This document shows, one piece after another, positions 42,662-52,092 of a DNA stretch of 64,000 nucleotides. Location of the stretch: positions 224,001-288,000 of the forward strand of contig CAVXGR010000021.1 of NCBI GenBank assembly GCA_963761335.1, read 5' to 3'. The DNA is from an uncultured delta proteobacterium (GTDB taxonomy: Bacteria > Desulfobacterota > Binatia > HRBIN30 > BPIQ01). The notes below the pieces were generated by a model, which had not been told where the DNA came from, searched no databases, and saw only the letters and a program-made list of their open reading frames with translations. Every line of letters begins with the position of its first letter. The first letter of the stretch is position 1. Both the position numbers and the translations under genes were made by a program.

Positions 42662-42925
42662 GGCCGCGATCCAGCCGGGGAAAAGGCTCGCCCGGGGCAG
42701 CCATTCCCAACCCTGGGAATAGCCGCCCGGTGGCTCGGTGGCCCGGTTTCTCGGTGCTCGGCGGCTCGGTGACTCGGGCGAGGTTCCCGGTTTGCGTCTT
42801 TGCGGTTCTTCCCCCTCGGTTCTTCCGCGTCGGTGCGACGGCGTGTCGGCTTGGCGTTCTCCGGGAGCATCGCCCGGGTGGTTGCATTCGCCCCGCCGGT
42901 GCTCCCGTGACGGTAGCCGGGGGTT

Positions 42926-43052
42926 TCAGAGGCCGTCTCGAAACCCGCGCAAAACGATTCCGCCGGCCCGCGGGCCAAGGTGGAAGCGGCGTCTCGCCGC
43001 TTCGGAAAGCGCCGGGACGGCGCTTCTACTTTGGTTTTGAGACAGACTCTGA
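42926..43052. mobile_element. MITE-like element of about 127 bp carrying REP doublet copy 4 (42980-43029)
   Basis: Terminal inverted repeats TCAGAGGCCGTCTCGAAACC / TCAGAGTCTGTCTCAAAACC (17/20); about 100 bp shared with 53922-54025. Confidence 0.6.
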
Positions 43053-43083
43053 CGCCGCCACTGAGCCACCGAGCCACAATCTT

Positions 43084-44406
43084 CTAATCTTCCCCGCTGA
43101 TGCTCTCCAGCTCCCGACTGCGCGTTTCGGGCAGGAGAAAGAGGGCGAGGCCGCCGACGAGGACGGAGAATGAGAGCAGGACCGTCATGCGGGCGATATC
43201 GCCTGGAGCCTGGGTGCCGAGGCCGAGGATTGCCAGGCCGGTAGCGGCGCCGAGAGTGTCGATCACGGCGACAAAGCCGGAGGCGGTGCCGCGCTGACTG
43301 GTGGGAAAGAGCTCGGTGGCCAGGGCGCGGATGATCACCTGCCCGGCGGTGGAGCAGAAGACGATGCCGGCAAAGGCCAGCGGTATGATCCACCCGGGCC
43401 CTTCGTAGAAGAGCGCGGCAAACAGCGGCAAGGCGGCGAGAAAGCAGGAGCCCACGACGCGCCGTCCGAAGCGGTCCCCGGCGGCGCCGGCGATCACGTT
43501 GCCGACGATGCCGATGCTGCCGCCGAGGAGGACCATGGCGGAGAACTGTCCGGGGGACCAGCCGTGAACGTTCAGGGTGAAGTAGCCGGTGAACTGGAAG
43601 GCGCAGATGGTGCCGACCGCGGTGAGCCCGCTGGCCAGGCTGATGCCCAGCACCCGCCGCGGATAGGTGCGGGCGAAACGCAGGATGGGCTCGACCCACT
43701 GCCCGGCGCTGCCGTGGCGGTCGGCGGCGTGGCGATCGCGGTGGCGCCGGAAGCGCCCGGTCTCCTGCACCTGACGGCGAAACAGCGGCAGCAGCAGAAA
43801 GGGGACGACGCCGATGCCGTAGAGGGTTCGCCAGCCGTAGGGCAGGATGTCGATGGCGGCGAAGACGGCGGCGCCGAGCCCATAGCCGCAGGCCGCCAAT
43901 GCGCCGACCATGCCGATTCCCCAGCCGCGGTGCTCTGCCGGAAACTCCTCGGTGATGATCACCACGGCGACCGCGGTACAGGCGATCATGAAGGTCCGCG
44001 TCAGCATCTGGAAGGCGACGAGCACCTCGATGTTCGGGCTGAAGCCGGTGAGGAAGGTGGTGAGGCTCATGCCGAGCATGGAGACGAGGAACACCCTTCG
44101 CCGGCCGAAGCGATCGGCGAAGGGGACGACCAGAAAGGCGGGCAGGGCACCGAGGCGGATGATGCTGAGGTAGCGGCCGAGGTGCTCCCCCGGGACGCCG
44201 AGATCCTCGGCGATGAACTTGAGCGCCGAGGTCAGCATCGAGAGGTCGTATTGCTCGAAGAAGAGCGCCAGTGCCACCAGGCCGAGGAGCTGTACCAGGG
44301 CCGGGTCGATGTCGGGCACCGAGCCGAGGAACACCGGGATCCACCAGGGATTGCGTTTCCACCTGGCGCGCAGCACGGCGCGCACTTCGCGCATCCCCCG
44401 GGGCAT
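43084..44406 (-). CDS. MFS transporter
   Basis: About 12 TM segments, ADRFGRRR and GDRFGRR motif A, ELFPTSQRG. Confidence 0.93.
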   Translation of the reverse strand: MPRGMREVRAVLRARWKRNPWWIPVFLGSVPDIDPALVQLLGLVALALFFEQYDLSMLTSALKFIAEDLGVPGEHLGRYLSIIRLGALPAFLVVPFADRFGRRRVFLVSMLGMSLTTFLTGFSPNIEVLVAFQMLTRTFMIACTAVAVVIITEEFPAEHRGWGIGMVGALAACGYGLGAAVFAAIDILPYGWRTLYGIGVVPFLLLPLFRRQVQETGRFRRHRDRHAADRHGSAGQWVEPILRFARTYPRRVLGISLASGLTAVGTICAFQFTGYFTLNVHGWSPGQFSAMVLLGGSIGIVGNVIAGAAGDRFGRRVVGSCFLAALPLFAALFYEGPGWIIPLAFAGIVFCSTAGQVIIRALATELFPTSQRGTASGFVAVIDTLGAATGLAILGLGTQAPGDIARMTVLLSFSVLVGGLALFLLPETRSRELESISGED

Positions 44407-44538
44407 GGGGGTGAGTAACGCGGCAGTCGGGACGATGTCCAGCCGGGGAGTGCCGCTGGGGGGACAGGCACCTTTTTGGCGGTGAGCGGCAGATCCTTCG
44501 GTGAAGCGATCTCGCGCGCCGAAAAGGGAGCCTGTCCC

Positions 44539-45813
44539 CTAGTGTGCGGGCTCCAGCGCCGTGGGCAGGGTCACCGTGAAGACCGCCCCGGCGCCGGGAG
44601 CGCTCTCCACGCGGATCGTGCCGCCCATGACCTCGACGGCCATCTTGCAGAACACCAGTCCCAGCCCGGTGTCCTCGCGATGTCCGCGGCGGCTTCGCTG
44701 GCGGTGCTTCTCGAAGAGCGTGGTCTGCTCCTCGGCGGAGATACCGCGCCCGCTGTCGCGGACGCGCAGCAACACGAAGCCCTGCTGGCGCTCGGCTTCC
44801 AGATCGATCTTGCCGGCGGCGCCGCTGTGGCGCACGGCATTGACCACGAGGTTGTTGAGCACCCGCCGCAACAGCCAGCGGTCGGTGGCGATGCTCGACA
44901 CGTCGTCGCCGACGAAGACGTGGATCTCGAGCCCGGCGAGCTCGGCGCCGGCGCGGAACTCCTCGGCGCACTCCTCCATCAGGTGCCGCAGGTCGACGGT
45001 CTCGACGCGCAGCTCGAGGCGGCGCTCCTGCATCTGGTCGATCTCCAGGAGGTTCTCGATCATGCGCAGGAGATCGCGGGCGCTGCGCTGGATCTGCTCG
45101 AAATGCCGGGTCTGCGCCTGGGCCACGGCGCCGCGCTTGCGCAGCGCCAGCTGGGTCACCGTGAGGATGCCCCCGAGCGGCCCCTTGAGATCGTGCACGA
45201 TCATGTTGGTGAGGTCGGCCTTCATCTGCTCGATCTCGTTCTTCTCGCGCAGGGTGCGCTCGGCCACCTCCGCCATCCGCCGGTATTCCTGGGCCAGAGC
45301 CCGCTCCACGTAGCCGCCCATGATGTAGGAATCGATCGCCAGGCCCATGTCGAGGAAGATCACCTTGCTGAGCGAGCCGATCAGAGCCACCAGCCGGTCG
45401 GGGTCCTCGCCGTAGTTGTGCCGCAGCCGGTCCATCACCAGGCGCAGGTAGAGATTGTATGTGCCCAGGTACCACTCGGGGTGGAGGTCGATCTGCTGGT
45501 GGGCGTTGCCGACGCGCAGCCGGCTCTCGAAGTAGTCGGCGTCCAGCCGCCCCTCGGTCATGCGCAGGAAGTACTGGCGCTGCAGCCCCTTGAGGCGGAT
45601 CACCTGCGCCTCGTCGCGGAAGACGGAGCGCGTCTCCTCGAACTTCCACAGGTGCTCGTAGAAGGCGTCGACGATCTCGTCCACGTGCGCCAGGGCAAAC
45701 CTGCGGATCTCGGCGAGGTTCTTCTCGTCCTCGGGCCCAAAGCCGAGAAATTCGAGGCGGCGCCTGCGCTTGTCGGGGTCGAGGCCGGCTTCGCCGAGGA
45801 GATTGAGCACCAT
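44539..45813 (-). CDS. Globin-coupled sensor histidine kinase
   Basis: Protoglobin domain (IVDAFYEHL; RVGNAHQQI with proximal His) plus HDLKGP H-box and HATPase; start placed at ATG 45813. Confidence 0.9.
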   Translation of the reverse strand: MVLNLLGEAGLDPDKRRRRLEFLGFGPEDEKNLAEIRRFALAHVDEIVDAFYEHLWKFEETRSVFRDEAQVIRLKGLQRQYFLRMTEGRLDADYFESRLRVGNAHQQIDLHPEWYLGTYNLYLRLVMDRLRHNYGEDPDRLVALIGSLSKVIFLDMGLAIDSYIMGGYVERALAQEYRRMAEVAERTLREKNEIEQMKADLTNMIVHDLKGPLGGILTVTQLALRKRGAVAQAQTRHFEQIQRSARDLLRMIENLLEIDQMQERRLELRVETVDLRHLMEECAEEFRAGAELAGLEIHVFVGDDVSSIATDRWLLRRVLNNLVVNAVRHSGAAGKIDLEAERQQGFVLLRVRDSGRGISAEEQTTLFEKHRQRSRRGHREDTGLGLVFCKMAVEVMGGTIRVESAPGAGAVFTVTLPTALEPAH

Positions 45814-45865
45814 CTCGGCAGTTTCTATCAAAGCGCGCCCGGCCATCCAAGAAACCGGGTGCAAA

Positions 45866-45915
45866 GTAGAAGCGCCGTCGCGGCGCTTCCGAAGCCGGCG
45901 AGACGCTGCTTCTAC
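45866..45915. repeat. GTAG-family REP doublet, copy 5
   Basis: GTAGAAGCGCCG-tcg-CGGCGCTT...GCTTCTAC. Confidence 0.85.
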
Positions 45916-45966
45916 CTTGGCTTGCGGACTGGGGGACCTGGTTTGCCCCGGCTTTGGGACTGCCGC

Positions 45967-46398
45967 TCAGGCCAGGGGTGGGCCGCAGAGCTCGCGCAGG
46001 GCCCGCATGATGTCCTCGCGGGCGATGATTCCCACCAGCTTGCCGCGATCGGTGATCGGGAAGCTCTTGACGCGGAAGTCGACCAGGGTCTGCAGAATAC
46101 GGGTCACCGGTGTCTCGGGGGTGAAAATGATCACGTCCCTGGTCATGATCTCGCGGGCCGTCAGCCGGGTGAGGGCGTCGTATTGGGGCACGACGCTCTG
46201 CGGGGTGAAGATGAACACCTTGAGGATGTCGAACTTGGTGACCACGCCGACCAGCTCGTCGCCCTCGAGCACCGGGAAGCCATTGAAGTCGCATTCGCCG
46301 AAACGGCGCTCCAGCTCGGGCAGTGAGGTGGTCGGCTCCACGGTGAGCACCGGCCGGGTCATGTAGTCGGCGGCGCGGGCTTCGAGCAGGCGGTGCAT
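45967..46398 (-). CDS. CBS-domain protein
   Basis: Tandem CBS pair (GFPVL...LVGVVT; FPIT...LVGII). Confidence 0.9.
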   Translation of the reverse strand: MHRLLEARAADYMTRPVLTVEPTTSLPELERRFGECDFNGFPVLEGDELVGVVTKFDILKVFIFTPQSVVPQYDALTRLTAREIMTRDVIIFTPETPVTRILQTLVDFRVKSFPITDRGKLVGIIAREDIMRALRELCGPPLA

Positions 46399-46424
46399 CT
46401 TCAGGTCGCTCCGATGTAGGGGTT

Positions 46425-47840
46425 TCAGCTCTCCGACTCCCCGGGAGAGAGGCCGATGCCGAGCTCCTCGATCTTGCGGTAGAGCGACGAGAGCGACACG
46501 CCGAGCCGCTCCGAGGCCACCTTCTTGTCGTGCTCGGCGCGCGCCAGGACGGCCTGGATGTGGGCCTTCTCGTAGGCTCGCATGGCGTCGCGCAGGCTGT
46601 CCCCGGCGGCGATGGGAGCGCTGGCGACGTCCTGCTGCAGGGCCCGGGGCAGGTCGCGCACCGTGATCCAGTCGCCCTCGCCGAGGATCATGGCGTGCTC
46701 GATGACGTTGTCGAGCTCGCGGACGTTGCCCTTCCAGGGCAGCGACATGAGCAGCTTCATGGTGCTGCTGTCGACCCCTTTGAAGGACTTCTTCAGCTCG
46801 CGGTTGTGCAGGCGGATGAAGTGCTCGATCAGTGGCGGAATGTCCTCGCGGCGCTCTCGCAAGGGCGGGATGTCGATGTTGACGACGTTGAGCCGGTAGT
46901 AGAGATCGTCGCGGAAACGCCCTTCGTCGACGTCGCGGTGGAGGTTGCGGTTGGTGGCGGCAAGGATGCGCACCTGCACCTTGCTCGGCGTCGTCGAGCC
47001 GACCGGCATGATCTCCTTGCTCTCGATGGCGCGCAGCAGCTTGACCTGTAAATTGAGTGGCAGATCGGCAATCTCGTCGAGGAAGATGGTGCCGCCGCGG
47101 GCCCGCTGGAAGAGGCCTTCCTGGTTGCTGACGGCGCCGGTGAAGGCGCCGCGCATGTGGCCGAAGAGCTGGCTTTCGAGGAGGTTCTCGGGAATGGCGC
47201 CGCAGTTCACCGGCAGGAAGATCTTGTCGCGGTACTCGCTGAGCTGGTGCACGGCGCGCGCCACCACCTCCTTGCCGACGCCGCTCTCGCCGGTGATCAG
47301 CACCGTGCTCGGCACCGGCGCCACCCGCTCGACCAGATTCATCACCTCGCGCATGGGCCCGGAGCGGCCCACCAGGTTGTCGAAGTTCCACTGGCGATCC
47401 ACCTGATTGCGCAGGAGCTGATTTTCCCAGGCGAGCTGCCGGTGCTGCAGCAGATAGTCGAGCTTGTGCAGCAGCTCGTCGAAGACGACCGGCTTGAGCA
47501 GGTAGTCCTGGGCGCCGCGGCGCAGCGCCTCGATGGCGGTCTCCACGGTGGCGTGCCCGGTCATCAGCAGCACCAACGTCTGCGGCGACACCTCGCGGAC
47601 GTGGCGGAGGACCTCGAGGCCGTCGGCCCCCGGCATGCGCACGTCGGAGAGCACCAGATCGAAGTCCTGGGTCTCCAATGCGGCGATGGCAGCGGCGCCG
47701 TCGCCGACGCTGGTCACCTGGAAGCCCTCGTCGGCGAGAACCTCGGCCAGGCTCTCCCGTACCGAGGGCTCGTCCTCGGCGAGCAGGATGGCCCCCTTGG
47801 TGGCGGAGTCGCTGTTGGTGGCGGAGTCGTTGTTGGACAT
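46425..47840 (-). CDS. Sigma54-dependent response regulator (NtrC family)
   Basis: REC domain, GESGVGKE, GAFTGA, FLDEI and C-terminal Fis-type HTH. Confidence 0.96.
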   Translation of the reverse strand: MSNNDSATNSDSATKGAILLAEDEPSVRESLAEVLADEGFQVTSVGDGAAAIAALETQDFDLVLSDVRMPGADGLEVLRHVREVSPQTLVLLMTGHATVETAIEALRRGAQDYLLKPVVFDELLHKLDYLLQHRQLAWENQLLRNQVDRQWNFDNLVGRSGPMREVMNLVERVAPVPSTVLITGESGVGKEVVARAVHQLSEYRDKIFLPVNCGAIPENLLESQLFGHMRGAFTGAVSNQEGLFQRARGGTIFLDEIADLPLNLQVKLLRAIESKEIMPVGSTTPSKVQVRILAATNRNLHRDVDEGRFRDDLYYRLNVVNIDIPPLRERREDIPPLIEHFIRLHNRELKKSFKGVDSSTMKLLMSLPWKGNVRELDNVIEHAMILGEGDWITVRDLPRALQQDVASAPIAAGDSLRDAMRAYEKAHIQAVLARAEHDKKVASERLGVSLSSLYRKIEELGIGLSPGESES

Positions 47841-47887
47841 GCCCGGATCGTAGGGCGCGGCGGTTTGCACGGCAAGGATTCCTTCAG

Positions 47888-48331
47888 TTAGGGCGCCTCG
47901 GGGAGATCCAGCTTCTCCTCCGAGATCGCCAGCAATCGCGCCAGGTACTGCATGCAGTCGCTCTCGCTGAGCAGGCCGACCAGCTCGGTCCCGTCGATCA
48001 CGGGCAGACAGCCGATCTTCTTCTGGGCCATCAGCTCCACCGCTTCCCGGAGGCTGGCCTCCGGCGCGATGGTGACCACCGGCTCGCTCATTGCCTCGCG
48101 AACCGGAATCGTGGCCAGCCAGTCGCGCTCCGCCGAGCGCCGCAGCTGCAGGACCGTGGAGATGGCGGCGTGGAACAGGTCCCGCTGCGACAGCACGCCC
48201 ACGAGCTTGCCGGCGGAGACCACCGGCAGATGTCGAATGCGGCCGAGACGCATGATGCCCTCGGCCAGATCCAGCTTCTCGCTCGCGTCGAGGGTCACTA
48301 CCTCCCGCGCCATCAGATCATTGACACGCAT
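47888..48331 (-). CDS. CBS-domain protein (AcuB-like)
   Basis: IRHLPVV...LVGVLSQRD and KIGCLPV motifs; start ATG 48331. Confidence 0.9.
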   Translation of the reverse strand: MRVNDLMAREVVTLDASEKLDLAEGIMRLGRIRHLPVVSAGKLVGVLSQRDLFHAAISTVLQLRRSAERDWLATIPVREAMSEPVVTIAPEASLREAVELMAQKKIGCLPVIDGTELVGLLSESDCMQYLARLLAISEEKLDLPEAP

Positions 48332-48547
48332 TTGTCTGGGCGTAAACCAAGATGCGTGCCGCGCTTGGCCTTGCCACTCGGCATGCGGAGGAGAACAAAG
48401 CTGGTTGTCGCTTCCCTGATTCTCGCCACGACTTTCCCAGCCTTGGGAAACGGATTCGAGGCCGGGTGCTTTACCTGTTCCTGCCCGCGGTCTACTAGAT
48501 GCCAGCGCCGGGGGAGCCGGCGCACAGGAGCGCACAGGAAAAGGGGG

Positions 48548-48919
48548 ATGTCGATGCCGAAGCTTCCCGGACGCTATCAGCAGATCCGCGCCGAGTTTCC
48601 CGAGATCGCCCGGGCCTACGACGCCATCTCGGAGGCGACGGCGGCAGCCGGACCGCTCGACGACAAGCTGGCGCAGCTGGTCAAGCTGGGGATGGCGCTT
48701 GGCTCCGGACAGGAGGGCGCGGTGCATTCGCACACCCGGCGGGCGCTCGAGGCCGGGGCCAGCCCCGAGGAGATTCGCCACGTCGGGTTGCTGGCGCTCA
48801 CCACCCTCGGCTTCCCGCGCATGATGACCGGCCTGGCGTGGATCGATGACGTGGTGGACGAGACCCCCCGGAAGCGGCCCTCGCCGAAAGCGCGGAAGGC
48901 CAAGCCGAAGCGTCGCTGA
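48548..48919 (+). CDS. Carboxymuconolactone decarboxylase/AhpD-like protein
   Basis: GPLDDK, GAVHSHTRRALEAGA and TTLGFP motifs; no CxxC. Confidence 0.88.
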   Translation: MSMPKLPGRYQQIRAEFPEIARAYDAISEATAAAGPLDDKLAQLVKLGMALGSGQEGAVHSHTRRALEAGASPEEIRHVGLLALTTLGFPRMMTGLAWIDDVVDETPRKRPSPKARKAKPKRR

Positions 48920-48937
48920 CCGGCGTCGCCGCCAGGC

Positions 48938-49372
48938 TCAGACTTCTTCGCGGCAACGCCGGCAGACGCCGCGGAGGACGACCTGGATCCCTTCCAGGCG
49001 GAAGCCTTCGGGGAGTGGTGTGCCCGCCGCGATCTGCGTATCGGCGGAGGCCGGCAGATCGAAGAGGCGATCGCAGACCCGACAGCGAGCGTGGTAATGG
49101 GGCTCACCGGCAGCCTCGTAGAGATAGGGCTCACCGCCGTCGGTGACGCAGGCGGCGAGGCCGACGCGCACGAAGGAGCTGAGGATCTCGTACACCGTCT
49201 TGCGGCTCAGGTTGCTGTGGTCGCGGCGCATCACGCGGTGCAGCTCGATGGCCGTCAGGTGGCCGGCATGTGACCGCAGGGTGCGCAGGAGCGCGATCCT
49301 CTGCCGCGTCGCTCGCAGCCCGCGCGATGACAGCTCTTCACCAAGCACGGCGTTTTGCGCCCTTCGCTCCAC
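48938..49372 (-). CDS. Fur/PerR-family transcriptional regulator
   Basis: LRATRQR, HLTA, TVY, HYHARCRVC and GVCRRC motifs. Confidence 0.92.
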   Translation of the reverse strand: MERRAQNAVLGEELSSRGLRATRQRIALLRTLRSHAGHLTAIELHRVMRRDHSNLSRKTVYEILSSFVRVGLAACVTDGGEPYLYEAAGEPHYHARCRVCDRLFDLPASADTQIAAGTPLPEGFRLEGIQVVLRGVCRRCREEV

Positions 49373-49500
49373 GGGGAATTTCTAGCACGAATGCGGCGCC
49401 TGGGAATGCCGCCCCGGCGGCAAAGTGGGCTATCGCCCCTGGCGGGGCGACCTTCGGCGACGCGAAACTTCGGAGCTCGAATGCCCAGTCACCAGATCAC

Positions 49501-49553
49501 ACTGAGTGTTGACAAGGTTGGGCGAGGTGGTATGCGGTAACTCAACACTCGGT
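49501..49553 (+). promoter_or_regulatory. Sigma70-type promoter bracketed by a 12-bp inverted repeat
   Basis: TTGACA (49509)-16 bp-TATGCG with extended TG; ACTGAGTGTTGA ... TCAACACTCGGT (11/12). Confidence 0.55.
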
Positions 49554-49578
49554 GTTCTCTTAGTCCGGGAGGTGCGCG

Positions 49579-50970
49579 ATGAGAGACCGGCGACGATGCT
49601 CCGGCCCCTTGGCCGAATGGAAGTGGTGGGCACCTGGAGGCTTTGCTTTCGCCCTGGCGCTGCTGGGCGCACTTGCCACGGCGGCGCACGCCTTCGGGCC
49701 CTACAAGGAGGAGCAGCTGCCCAAGGAGAAGCGCGGCGCCCACGGCGCCCTCTCGATGCCGGCGCAGATGAAGGCTCTCGAGGAGCTGCTGCCGGCGCGG
49801 GACGTGAGCGAGCCACCTCCCGGAGTCGATCCGGACATATGGGCGCATCTGGTCCCCAAGGACAACGAGATGACGCCCGAGCGCGTCGCTCTGGGGCGCA
49901 AGCTCTACTTCGATCCGCGCCTTTCCGGCGACGGCAGCGTCGCCTGCGCCACCTGTCACGACGTCACCCGCGGCTTCACCGACCAGCGGCCGACTTCCGA
50001 GGGCATTCGCGACCAGCTCGGCCAGCGCAACGCGCCGACGACCATGAACGCCTTCTTCTACGACACTCTCTTCCTCGACGGGCGCGTGCCCAGCCTCGAG
50101 GAGCAGGCGAAGTTTCCGCCCATCAATCCCGTCGAGGGCGGCCTGCCGAACCATGCCGCCGTGGTCGCCGCGGTCTCCGCTGACGCTACCTACCAGAAAG
50201 ATTTCCAGAAGGCCTACGGCCGCGATGTGAACCTCGACGACATGACCCGCGCCATCGCCGCCTTCGAGCGCACTCTGGTCTTTCTCGATGCCCCCTTCGA
50301 CCGCTTCCTCGCCGGCGACGACAGCGCTGTCTCGGCGAAGGCCAAGCGCGGCTTCGCGCTCTTCAACGGCAAGGCGCGGTGCGTCTCCTGCCACATGTTG
50401 AACCCCTCGAACCCGCTGGGGACCGACAACCGCTTCCACAACATCGGCGTGGCGGCACATGCGCAGGATTTCGAAAAGTTGGCGCGCGACGCGCTCGCGG
50501 CGCTGGAGCGCCAGAACGGCGGCACCGAGGCCGTCGACCAGCTCGCCCTGCAGACGAACCTCTCGGAGCTCGGTCGCTTCATGGTGACCAAGGACGCCGG
50601 CGACATCGGCTCCTTCAAGACGCAGGGGCTGCGCAACGTCGGCATCACCGCGCCCTACATGCACGACGGCTCCATGCGCACCCTCTGGGACGTGATGGAC
50701 CACTACAACAAGGGTGGCGAGGCCAATCCCTATCTCGACGGCGGGATCGAGCCGCTGGCACTGACCGAGGCGGAGATCGACGACGTCGTGGAGTTCCTCT
50801 TCACCCTCACCGACGATCGTTTCGCCGAGGCGAACCGCCAGGAGCTGGCCGCGCAGAGGAAGATCGCCAGCCAGCGCCGCCCCTTCCGCGACGACGACCT
50901 GGCATCCCGCCGGGTGCTGCCGTTCGAGCGGCGCATCGAGGGCAAGACGGCTGTGGAGGGACAGAAATGA
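49579..50970 (+). CDS. Diheme cytochrome c peroxidase/MauG-superfamily protein
   Basis: LGRKLYFDPRLS, CATCH, RNAPT, CVSCH and APYMHDGS motifs. Confidence 0.92.
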   Translation: MRDRRRCSGPLAEWKWWAPGGFAFALALLGALATAAHAFGPYKEEQLPKEKRGAHGALSMPAQMKALEELLPARDVSEPPPGVDPDIWAHLVPKDNEMTPERVALGRKLYFDPRLSGDGSVACATCHDVTRGFTDQRPTSEGIRDQLGQRNAPTTMNAFFYDTLFLDGRVPSLEEQAKFPPINPVEGGLPNHAAVVAAVSADATYQKDFQKAYGRDVNLDDMTRAIAAFERTLVFLDAPFDRFLAGDDSAVSAKAKRGFALFNGKARCVSCHMLNPSNPLGTDNRFHNIGVAAHAQDFEKLARDALAALERQNGGTEAVDQLALQTNLSELGRFMVTKDAGDIGSFKTQGLRNVGITAPYMHDGSMRTLWDVMDHYNKGGEANPYLDGGIEPLALTEAEIDDVVEFLFTLTDDRFAEANRQELAAQRKIASQRRPFRDDDLASRRVLPFERRIEGKTAVEGQK

Positions 50971-52085
50971 GCCGAAAGTTCAAAAGTATCGAGACCAAGC
51001 ACCTCGAGCAGCGGCTCGAGCTCTTCCGCGGGCTGCAGGCGCTCGACCGGCGCGGCTTTCTCAAGGTGTCGCTGGCGGCGATGGGCGCCGCGGTTGCCAG
51101 CCGCGTCTCCTTTCATCCCCACTCCTTCCAGCCGGTGTCGGTGGCGCAGGCCGATACCGGAGAGGGGTTCCGCTTCGCCTACATCTCCGACTCCCACCTC
51201 TACGAGAAGAAGATCAACGACCGCTTCATGCGCCAGCTCATGCGCGCCGTCGACGACGTCAACCGTCTCGATCCGCCGCCCGATTTCGTCCTCTACGGCG
51301 GCGACCTGGCGCAGCTCGGCCAGGCGACGGAGCTCGAGCAGGGAGCCCAGATCCTCAAGGACGTGAAGTACCCGATGCACATGATGGTCGGCGAGCACGA
51401 CTGGTACTTCGACCTCGGGGAGAAGTGGCGCTCGCTGTTCGGCGCGCCCAACTACTCGTTCGATCACAAGGGGGTTCACTTCGTCGTCCTCAACAGCGTC
51501 GTCGAGAAGGATTTCTGGACGCCGCGCGGCATGACGCCGATGGAGCGGATGGTGACCGTGGCCGGCCTCGACAACCGCCTGCAGAGCCGCTTCGAGGTGG
51601 GCGACGAGCAGCGCGACTGGCTGAAGAAGGACCTCGAGCCGCTGGCCGACGACCGGCCGGTGATCGTCTTCTCGCATTCGCCCCTCTACAAGTACTACCG
51701 CCCGTGGAACTTCTGGACCGACGACGCGGAGCAGGTGCAGGCGATCCTTGGGCGCTTTCAGAAGATCGTCGTCATCCACGGACACACCCACCAGCTGCTC
51801 ACCAACCGCATCGGCAACATCCAGTTCCACGGCATGCTCTCCACCGCCTGGCCGTGGCCTTACGCCCCCGAGGGCCTGCCGGAGCTGACCGTGCAGATGA
51901 ATCGTCCCAATCCCTTCGACGCCAACGACGGGCTCGGCGACGGCTATGCGCTGGTGACCTCCGACCATCTGGTGGACAAGGTCTACAACCTCTGGAACCG
52001 CAACCCGATCGAGGTCTCGAGCGCCTACATGACTTCGCACGGCCAGAAGGATGTGCCGCCGAAGCCGAGCCTGCTCAGCTACTGA
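50967..52085 (+). CDS. Tat-exported calcineurin-like metallophosphoesterase
   Basis: DRRGFLK Tat motif; DSH, GGD, GEHD and GHTH metal motifs; ATGA coupling. Confidence 0.9.
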   Translation: MSRKFKSIETKHLEQRLELFRGLQALDRRGFLKVSLAAMGAAVASRVSFHPHSFQPVSVAQADTGEGFRFAYISDSHLYEKKINDRFMRQLMRAVDDVNRLDPPPDFVLYGGDLAQLGQATELEQGAQILKDVKYPMHMMVGEHDWYFDLGEKWRSLFGAPNYSFDHKGVHFVVLNSVVEKDFWTPRGMTPMERMVTVAGLDNRLQSRFEVGDEQRDWLKKDLEPLADDRPVIVFSHSPLYKYYRPWNFWTDDAEQVQAILGRFQKIVVIHGHTHQLLTNRIGNIQFHGMLSTAWPWPYAPEGLPELTVQMNRPNPFDANDGLGDGYALVTSDHLVDKVYNLWNRNPIEVSSAYMTSHGQKDVPPKPSLLSY

Positions 52086-52092
52086 AGGAGAG

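Noticed and set aside
42607..43077. N-terminal extension of nifJ (also the ispH and globin kinase extensions)
   Set aside because: Read-through of intergenic or repeat DNA; conserved family N-termini begin downstream
47798..47835. 18-bp tandem duplication
   Set aside because: Encodes a short N-terminal repeat (NDSAT/SDSAT) in the NtrC protein; probably neutral slippage
48346..48361. Sigma54-like motif CGGCACG-catc-TTGG upstream of the CBS gene
   Set aside because: The -12 base deviates and the implied start site would leave almost no leader; too weak to list as a feature
49385..49480. GC-rich hairpins upstream of the Fur-family gene as a possible riboswitch or ncRNA
   Set aside because: No conserved motif of a known RNA family recognisable by eye; an Rfam scan would be needed
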